Assembly: GCA_030612885.1 (NCBI GenBank)
Contig: JAUWMZ010000006.1
Coordinates: forward strand, 1 to 41,526
Direction: 5' to 3'
DNA length: 41,526 nucleotides
Source: Candidatus Nealsonbacteria bacterium
GTDB taxonomy: Bacteria; Patescibacteriota; Minisyncoccia; Minisyncoccales; JAGMDC01
Below the pieces are notes generated by a model. That model was not told where the DNA came from. It did not search any database and worked only from the letters and a program-made list of their open reading frames with translations. Shown here in pieces: positions 35,704 through 41,526 of the stretch. Position 1 is the stretch's first letter. Every line of letters begins with the position of its first letter. A program made the position numbers and the translations under genes.

Positions 35704-36213
35704 ATGCGTCCATCAAAAGACCAATATTATTTAAATATTGCCCGAGAAGTTGCCCAACGTTCAACTTGTATGCGAATGAAATTTGGAGCAATTATTGTCC
35801 GAGACGACCAAATTATCGCTACCGGTTATGTTGGCGCGCCAAGAAACACTAAGGATTGCTTTGAAAGGGGAAATTGTCTAAGAGACCAATTAAAAATTCC
35901 TCATGGTCAAAGATACGAACTTTGTAGAAGCGTGCATGCTGAACAAAATGCTATAATTAATGCTGCTCGGGCTGGTGTAAGTTTACTCGGCGGTGATATG
36001 TTCCTTTACTGTGAGGACCAGAAAGGAGAAATGAAAAATGCTATTCCCTGTTTTATTTGTAAAAAAATGATTATCAATGCTGGCTTAAATAGAGTAATTT
36101 GCTCAAATGAAGAGGGAAAATATAAAATTTTCAATATTCAGGATTGGGTAAAAGATTGGCAGGAAAGAGACATTTTAGATGACCAGCATCAATACGGGAA
36201 AGACAGCGCTTGA
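35704..36213 (+). CDS. Deoxycytidylate (dCMP) deaminase, ComEB/CDA-fold
   Basis: Zinc-site motifs SVHAEQNAIINAA and PCFICKKMIINAGL. N-terminal KDQYYLNIAREVAQRSTC. Confidence 0.85.
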   Translation: MRPSKDQYYLNIAREVAQRSTCMRMKFGAIIVRDDQIIATGYVGAPRNTKDCFERGNCLRDQLKIPHGQRYELCRSVHAEQNAIINAARAGVSLLGGDMFLYCEDQKGEMKNAIPCFICKKMIINAGLNRVICSNEEGKYKIFNIQDWVKDWQERDILDDQHQYGKDSA

Positions 36214-36352
36214 CGCGCGGTCTTTATTTTTATAAACTGAAAATATAGCATATCAAAATTGAGAAAGGGAAAAAATGGAAAAAGAAAAAGAAAAAGTATA
36301 TGAAGAAATAAACTATTGTATAGAGATAGCGAGACAAAAGGAGCAATAGAGA

Positions 36353-36523
36353 ATGGGAGAGGAAATAGGTAAGGGTTCTGTGATAGTTTGGAACAAGGAA
36401 ACTTCTGAAGTGCGTGATGATATTTCAGAGAACGAATTAGACACTTTTCTTAACAGTGAGGAGGGCAAGGGTTTTAAACTTGTCTGTCAATATAGCAAGA
36501 AAGGAGTAGAGAGAGATGTCTGA
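36353..36523 (+). CDS. Hypothetical micro-protein (56 aa)
   Basis: Hand-found ORF MGEEIGKGSVIVWNKETSEVRDDISENELDTFLNSEEGKGFKLVCQYSKKGVERDV*, with SD aaaggag 8 nt upstream. Its stop overlaps the next ATG (ATGTCTGA). Confidence 0.35.
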   Translation: MGEEIGKGSVIVWNKETSEVRDDISENELDTFLNSEEGKGFKLVCQYSKKGVERDV

Positions 36524-36716
36524 GGAAAAAAGACCTAATGAACAGGAAAATCTTGCCAGAAAAATAGCACTAACACAAGGGGCAGAAAACATTAAACGAT
36601 TGATATTAGTGCTAAGAAGAGGAGAAAGAAGAGAACCAGTTTTTCAGCAATACTTAGAAGAAATAGAGATAAGTGTAGACACAACTATAAGAAATTGGGA
36701 AAGAGAAATAAAATAG
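36516..36716 (+). CDS. Hypothetical small protein (66 aa)
   Basis: ORF preceded by gaaaggag. Translationally coupled to the upstream micro-ORF. Confidence 0.4.
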   Translation: MSEEKRPNEQENLARKIALTQGAENIKRLILVLRRGERREPVFQQYLEEIEISVDTTIRNWEREIK

Positions 36717-37005
36717 GAAACAGAGAAGACATCTTGACAAACTTTTTCAAAGGAGTATGGTGGAAAGCACGGAGGAACAAATATGGATCATCCAGGTATA
36801 GTTGCTGCCAAGAAACTACGAAAGAAAACCGAGAATATAAGAAAGATAGTTTTCATTCTGCTTAATCCGGAAAACTAAGAGAAAATCGGTTTTTAAAAAA
36901 AATAAAAAAAACACACATGAGAGGATTTTCTTTTTTTTTCCTCATTTCTATTTTTTCCTCCTTTTTAGCTCTTTTCAGCACCTTTTTATAGTTTTCATAT
37001 CATTT

Positions 37006-37039
37006 GCGGGGTTTTTATTAACCCCCCTTTTATTTTTTT
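37006..37039 (+). terminator. Rho-independent terminator
   Basis: ggggtt-tttatt-aacccc followed by ccttttattttttt. Confidence 0.6.
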
Positions 37040-37179
37040 CAAATAGGGTCTTTTCTTAAACCTCTTTTTTCACTCTTGATTTTTGTCAGGGTTTAGAATA
37101 GTATAAAAAAAGGAGGTTAAAACAGAATATTAACAAAAGAAAATGGAAAGAAATGAGAAAAAAACAAGGAAGTAAAAAA

Positions 37180-37878
37180 ATGGAAATAGGAGAGATAGTG
37201 GAATGGGTGCGTATTTTTTTAGAGGGGGAGTACGCAACGGGCGAAATATACGATCAACTAGACAGAATAGCGATTATTCATTCTCAGACTGGTTCTTTGG
37301 CAAAATTTGTGTACCACGATAAGAAATATAATCCAAGAGCTCGAAAAGTTGGTACTCATAAAGACGAAACTTCAATCGCTGGCGAGGCAATGCTTCATCT
37401 GATAGCGCTGATGATTTTAAGAAGAATAGACATATACGATGCCTTGGAAACAGGAATGAAACGTTTGGAAGATAAAGATGGGGAAAAGAAAAAGGGTAAG
37501 ATTGTAAAGACAAAGAAGATTGTAACGCTTAAAGGGATTAGAGCGGCTTCTGGCATAGTCGAAGGAATAGCAATAGTAATGCAGTTTGTTTCAGAAAAAG
37601 AGTTTGAGAAGTTGCCAACGTATGTGAAAGATGAAGAGAAAATACTTGTGACAGAAAGTTTAAGCGCCGATTCAGTTTCAGTTGGTTTTTTGAGAGCAAT
37701 GAATTTGATAGGAATAGTGACAAATCAGGGAGGAAATACATCGCATGGAGCAATGGTTGCCAGAGAGTTCGAAATTCCTTGTGTTTCAGGAACAGAAAAA
37801 GCGACAGAGATAATTCATACCGGCGACAAAATTATAGTAGATGGGAATAAAGGGGAAGTGGTTTTAAGAAGGAGGTGA
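37180..37878 (+). CDS. PEP-utilizing-enzyme mobile (swivelling phosphohistidine) domain protein with unassigned helical N-terminal domain
   Basis: C-terminal GIAIV...VTESLSADSVSVGFLRAMNLIGIVTNQGGNTSHGAMVAREFEIPCVSG...IIVDGNKGEV matches PEP_utilizers (GGxTSH). The N-terminal ~110 aa (…ETSIAGEAMLHLIALMILRRIDIYDALETGMKRLEDKD) faintly resembles MazG-like all-alpha NTP pyrophosphohydrolases. I prefer the ATG at 37180 (SD aaggaag) to 37153. Confidence 0.6.
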   Translation: MEIGEIVEWVRIFLEGEYATGEIYDQLDRIAIIHSQTGSLAKFVYHDKKYNPRARKVGTHKDETSIAGEAMLHLIALMILRRIDIYDALETGMKRLEDKDGEKKKGKIVKTKKIVTLKGIRAASGIVEGIAIVMQFVSEKEFEKLPTYVKDEEKILVTESLSADSVSVGFLRAMNLIGIVTNQGGNTSHGAMVAREFEIPCVSGTEKATEIIHTGDKIIVDGNKGEVVLRRR

Positions 37879-37884
37879 TAAAAA

Positions 37885-38748
37885 ATGGAGATAGAAATAA
37901 AAATAGTCAAGCCCCGAATTTCAAATTTTGAGGTTGTGAAAGGAAAAAATACATGGGAGGAAGTGGTTTATTCAGCGAGAATGTCAGGAGTGCCGCCAGA
38001 AATTCAAGGAGAAGATGTTTTTCAGATGATGGTCAGCAATGATTACGGTTCAGCATTGGAACATATCATAATCAAGTTCGACTTGAAAATGACTAAGGGA
38101 AATGCCCCGGAATGGTTAGAACATCGGATAGTAAGCCATTCAGGATATTCAACTAGATTTATAAAAGCCAGTGAAGGAATAGACAAGGAAAAGCCAGTGT
38201 ATGAGATAATTTTGCCGTGGCACTTATTGAAGATGGAAAGTAATGACCAGCAAAGAGAAGCGTTTTGGGAAAGCGTTTTACAGAGCATAGAGACATATGA
38301 AAAACTTTTAGAATGGGGAGTACCAAGAGAGTCAACACGTTATATATTGCCTTTCTGTCAAGCAGTAGGGATTTATCATGTAACCATAAACCTGCGCTCT
38401 TTGCTAAATTTACTTGGATTGCGTCTTTGCGTGAGGGTTTCACCAGAATTTCGTTGCTTGGCTAGCCAGATGTATTTTGACCTAATAGAACAACTGCCAA
38501 TTATGAGAGAACTGGTAGGTTGCAGAGGATTTATGAAAAGTGTTTGTCCAGAAAGCGGAGTAACCGGCGTAAGGAAAGGCAAACAACATCCAGTATATCC
38601 ACCGTGCTTTTTCAGAAACTCAAAGACAAATATTTACATACCAACGAAAGAGGATATAAGAAATAAAAAGGGTAATTTGTTCAACGTACAAAAAGCAGTT
38701 GAAACCCAAGAAAGAGTTTTCAAGAAATGGGCTGATTGGAAAGGATAA
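37885..38748 (+). CDS. thyX: FAD-dependent thymidylate synthase ThyX-like, with Cys-containing C-terminal extension
   Basis: EHRIVSHSGYSTRF fits the ThyX motif RHRxxSxxxxSxRY. ESTRYILPFCQAVGIYHVTINLRSLLNLLGLR. Strong SD aaggaggtg. Starts 6 nt after the upstream ORF. Confidence 0.75.
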   Translation: MEIEIKIVKPRISNFEVVKGKNTWEEVVYSARMSGVPPEIQGEDVFQMMVSNDYGSALEHIIIKFDLKMTKGNAPEWLEHRIVSHSGYSTRFIKASEGIDKEKPVYEIILPWHLLKMESNDQQREAFWESVLQSIETYEKLLEWGVPRESTRYILPFCQAVGIYHVTINLRSLLNLLGLRLCVRVSPEFRCLASQMYFDLIEQLPIMRELVGCRGFMKSVCPESGVTGVRKGKQHPVYPPCFFRNSKTNIYIPTKEDIRNKKGNLFNVQKAVETQERVFKKWADWKG

Positions 38749-38778
38749 CTATAAAATAACAAAAAATAAGAAAAATAT

Positions 38779-38806
38779 AGGTCTCGTTGAGGCCTTCTTT
38801 TTTTAT
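38779..38806 (+). terminator. Rho-independent terminator
   Basis: aggtctc-gtt-gaggcct followed by tcttttttt. Confidence 0.65.
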
Positions 38807-38808
38807 TT

Positions 38809-38924
38809 CCGACAAAGTTCCGACTTCATCAGAACTTTGTCGGAAACAAACTTGCCCGCCCACTTCGCCGTAGCTTCAGCGAGGCGAGAAGGGATACACC
38901 GCCTTTTAAGGAGGGGTAGTTTAT
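38809..38924. repeat. Repeat family B, copy 2 (with internal insert)
   Basis: ccgacaaagttc-cgacttcatca-gaactttgtcgg (12-bp stem), gaaacaaacttgcccg, [insert cccacttcgccgtagcttcagcgaggcgag], aagggatacaccgcc-ttttaa-ggaggggtagtttat. Confidence 0.65.
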
Positions 38925-39010
38925 TTGCTAAAATGTGGTATATTAAAATAATATGATATTGGGAGTAAAAGAATTACTGAAATTAGTAAAAAAGAGAAAC
39001 AAATTTAATT

Positions 39011-39751
39011 ATGAAAAATATTGCTAAATTTACCCGCCATAATTTTTCTTTAGAAAATTTAGGCGGGTTAATTGACCATACTAATATCAAATTTGGTGCT
39101 ACTGCCAGAGAGATAAAAAAAACCTGTGACGAAGCGAAAAAATATAGCTTTCGGAGTGTTTGTATAAATCCAGAATGGGTGAAATTAGTTAAAAAAGAAT
39201 TAAGCGGAACAGAAATAAAAAAGGTGGTTTTAATTGATCCGCCAATGGGTTTAAGCTCTCATCAAGCAAGAGTAAAGATGTGCCAAAAAGCAAAGAAAGA
39301 CGGCGCAGATGAATTAGATATAGTGATGAATATCGTTGACTTGAAGTATGAGAAATATGCTCAAGTTTTAAAGGATTTAAAAGAAATTTGTAAGATTTTG
39401 CCAACAAAGGTAATTATTGGTTCCGGCTATCTGACTGATGAAGAAATAAAAATTGCTTCTCAATTAGTTAAAAAAGCTGGAGCAATTTGTGTCAAGACAG
39501 CTACTTTTAAAGATCCTTTAGAAAACAGAGAATTAGAAGAAAAAGCCAGGCATTTAAAAATTATGCGAAAGGCGGCTCCTGGTCTTTTAATCAAAGCAGC
39601 CGGAAAGATTAAGACCCTGAAAGACCTTAAAATGATGGTTAGGGCAGGAGCAGATATAATTGGGACAAGCAGCGGAGTATCAATTATAAGAACCTGCTCG
39701 CTTCGCTCGCAGAACCTTGAAATTAAAATTATAAAAGAACTTAAAAAATAG
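39011..39751 (+). CDS. deoC: Deoxyribose-phosphate aldolase-like (DeoC family)
   Basis: [59 protein letters not shown] (Schiff-base Lys context), [19 protein letters not shown]. Confidence 0.72.
   Translation: MKNIAKFTRHNFSLENLGGLIDHTNIKFGATAREIKKTCDEAKKYSFRSVCINPEWVKLVKKELSGTEIKKVVLIDPPMGLSSHQARVKMCQKAKKDGADELDIVMNIVDLKYEKYAQVLKDLKEICKILPTKVIIGSGYLTDEEIKIASQLVKKAGAICVKTATFKDPLENRELEEKARHLKIMRKAAPGLLIKAAGKIKTLKDLKMMVRAGADIIGTSSGVSIIRTCSLRSQNLEIKIIKELKK
39687..39720. repeat. agaacc-flanked element in-frame near the 3' end of the deoC-like CDS
   Basis: ataagaacctgctcgcttcgctcgcagaaccttga shares ataagaacctgc...gcagaaccttga with the 23591 tandem element. Encodes ..[11 protein letters not shown].. 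Confidence 0.65.
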
Positions 39752-39755
39752 TTGT

Positions 39756-41333
39756 ATGAGTTATTTTCCAACTGTCGGTTTGGAAATCCATGCCGAATTA
39801 AAAACTAAGAGTAAGATGTTTTGTAGTTGCGTCAATGACCCGGATGAAAAACAAGCCAATATTAATATTTGTCCAATTTGCACAGCTCATCCGGGCGTAT
39901 TGCCGGTTATAAATAGAGAGGCAGTAAGAAAAACAATAAAAACCGGCTTAGCTTTGAATTGTCAAATTCCTCAATATTCTAAATTTGATAGAAAAAACTA
40001 TTTTTATCCGGATTTGCCAAAAGGATATCAAATTTCTCAACTTTATATGCCGTTTTGTGAAAATGGATTTTTAGAAATCAATAATAGGAATATCAGAATA
40101 AGAGAAATTCATTTAGAAGAAGATACGGGAAGGCTAGTTCATCCAGAAGGGGTTGATTATAGTTTAGTGGATTTTAATCGAGCAGGTGTTCCTTTAATGG
40201 AGTTGGTTACAGAACCAGACATTCATTCAGCAAAAGAAGCGAGAAAATTTGCTGAAGAATTCCAATTAATTTTAAGATATCTTGATGTTTCTTATGCCAA
40301 TATGGAAAAGGGACAATTACGTATTGAAGTGAATATTTCACTTCAATGCAAATCCAAAATCCAAATGACAAAATCCAAATCAAATCCAAAACCCAAAACC
40401 CAAAACCCAAAACTTGGCACAAAGGTTGAGATTAAGAATTTAAATTCATTCAAGGCAGTGGAGAAGGGGATTGAGTATGAAATTGAGAGGCAATCAGAAA
40501 TTTTAGAAAAAGGAGAAAAAGTCATTCAAGAAACGCGTGGCTGGCATGATGCAAAACAAATAACAATAAGCCAGAGAGAAAAAGAAGAAGCCCACGATTA
40601 TAGGTATTTTCCAGAACCAGACTTGACGATGATAAAAATAGATATTAATAAGAACATTTCACTTCGTTCAAGAACCTTGATTTCCTCGCTTTACTCGGAA
40701 AATAAAATTAAATCAGAGATTTCTGAACTGCCTCAAGCTAAAAGAGAGAGATTTAAAGCAGAATATGATTTGTCATACAATGAGATAGAAGTTTTTGTTC
40801 AGAATAAAAACTTTGGAGAATATTTTGAAAAAGTAATGTCAGAGCTAAGAAACTGGATAAAAGAAACAGATATAAAAAGAAAAGTTGAAAGAGAGGAATT
40901 TTTAAAACTAGCAAAAATTTGCGCTAATTATACTATTACTGATTTACAGGGATTATTAAAAGGTATGGATATTAAGAGTAAAGATTTTTCAATTACTGCA
41001 GAAAATTTTGCTGAATTTATTACCTTGCTTTATAAAAAAGAAATTTCATCAAAGATCGCCAAAATAGTTTTGAGCGAAATGTTTAAAACCGGCGCTGATC
41101 CATCACACATTATTAAAAATAAAGGACTAAGCCAAGTAACCGATGAATTAGAAATTGAGAAAGTTATAAAGGACATAATTTCAAAAAATCCTCAACCAGT
41201 TGAAGATTATAAAAAAGGAAAAGAAAACGCTTTACAGTTTTTGATAGGCCAGGTAATGGCAGCTACCAGAGGCAAAGCCAAACCAGAGACAGTGAACAAG
41301 ATTTTAAGGAAAAACTTGACCCCGCACCTTTAG
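39756..41333 (+). CDS. gatB: Glu/Asp-tRNA amidotransferase subunit B (with two in-frame low-complexity/repeat insertions)
   Basis: [82 protein letters not shown]-terminal GatB/YqeY domain LQFLIGQVM. Confidence 0.92.
   Translation: MSYFPTVGLEIHAELKTKSKMFCSCVNDPDEKQANINICPICTAHPGVLPVINREAVRKTIKTGLALNCQIPQYSKFDRKNYFYPDLPKGYQISQLYMPFCENGFLEINNRNIRIREIHLEEDTGRLVHPEGVDYSLVDFNRAGVPLMELVTEPDIHSAKEARKFAEEFQLILRYLDVSYANMEKGQLRIEVNISLQCKSKIQMTKSKSNPKPKTQNPKLGTKVEIKNLNSFKAVEKGIEYEIERQSEILEKGEKVIQETRGWHDAKQITISQREKEEAHDYRYFPEPDLTMIKIDINKNISLRSRTLISSLYSENKIKSEISELPQAKRERFKAEYDLSYNEIEVFVQNKNFGEYFEKVMSELRNWIKETDIKRKVEREEFLKLAKICANYTITDLQGLLKGMDIKSKDFSITAENFAEFITLLYKKEISSKIAKIVLSEMFKTGADPSHIIKNKGLSQVTDELEIEKVIKDIISKNPQPVEDYKKGKENALQFLIGQVMAATRGKAKPETVNKILRKNLTPHL
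40648..40698. repeat. agaacc-family element in-frame in gatB
   Basis: aataagaacatttcacttcgttcaagaaccttgatttcctcgctttactcgg shares aataagaac, cttcgtt and agaaccttgatt(t)cct(t)cg with the 23591 element. Encodes [18 protein letters not shown]. Confidence 0.65.
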
Positions 41334-41453
41334 TGGATAAGCGAATTCATAAAATGAATTCGCAAAGTGTAGCTTTTTAGCAAAGATTAACTGAATTTAT
41401 GAGGATTAACTGATAATCATCATTTGAGATAAAAATAATCCACTAAAGGTGCG
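41323..41453. repeat. 16-bp perfect inverted repeat enclosing a 10-bp hairpin and a direct repeat, downstream of gatB
   Basis: cgcacctttagtggat (41323-41338, overlaps the gatB stop) and atccactaaaggtgcg (41438-41453). Inside are gcgaattcat-aaa-atgaattcgc (41341-41363) and gattaactga x2 (about 41386 and 41404). Confidence 0.7.
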
Positions 41454-41526
41454 AGGTTGACATAGTTTTTAATAGTGATAAGTTGAAGATAGAAGTTTAA
41501 GTAAAAAATAGGAGGTGAAAAAGAAA

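Noticed and set aside
36890-36960. A-run / hairpin (atgagagg...cctcat) / T-run as a minus-strand terminator
   Set aside because: No minus-strand gene lies to its right to be terminated, and the stem is short with a 15-nt U-rich loop. The downstream ggggtt..aacccc + T-run (37006-37039) is a better + strand terminator.
38699-38956. 85-aa + strand ORF overlapping the thyX 3' end
   Set aside because: It spans a terminator and the family B repeat, starts inside thyX in another frame and has no RBS.

Overview
AT-rich (about one-third G+C by eye), very gene-dense chromosomal segment. All genes but one are on the + strand. The content looks like a reduced-genome bacterium of the Candidate Phyla Radiation / Patescibacteria type; this lineage call is inference from shortened aaRS genes, no rplA after rplK, lysine-rich tails on informational proteins, a GWINF-repeat secreted protein and a DGR. 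Most of the window is housekeeping: alaS, infA-rpmJ-rpsM-rpsK-rpsD-rpoA-rplQ-rplM-rpsI, murA, two mreB paralogs, holB, frr, rseP, proS, gatCAB, pheST, gyrB, secE-nusG-rplK and a three-tRNA operon. Items beyond housekeeping, in order of my interest: (1) A diversity-generating retroelement at the left edge. Its RT carries the DGR-specific IGNLTSQ motif and sits 32 nt downstream of a DUF1566/C-type-lectin-fold target whose C-terminus is a GC-rich run of NNC codons. No template repeat or avd is visible in the window. (2) Short GC-rich hairpin/palindromic elements that occur in intergenic DNA and also in-frame inside conserved genes (PEGA-domain gene, pheT, gyrB, deoC-like, gatB), reminiscent of Rickettsia palindromic elements. 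(3) A 150-nt structured repeat present twice (after rpsI and after nusG), with a compensatory base-pair change between the copies. (4) A promoter-to-terminator unit of about 230 nt on the minus strand with no credible ORF, i.e. a candidate ncRNA of unknown class, divergent from an orphan Cas4-like nuclease. (5) A Shine-Dalgarno-led insert between a dCMP deaminase gene and a deoC-like gene, carrying micro-ORFs, a PEP-utilizer swivel-domain protein with an unusual N-terminal domain, and thyX. (6) An rpoA that ends after the N-terminal domain with a lysine-rich tail, combined with long AT-rich heptamer palindromes that fill the spacers in front of SD-less core genes. All coordinates, motifs and repeats were read by eye. 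No database search, folding or alignment program was run.
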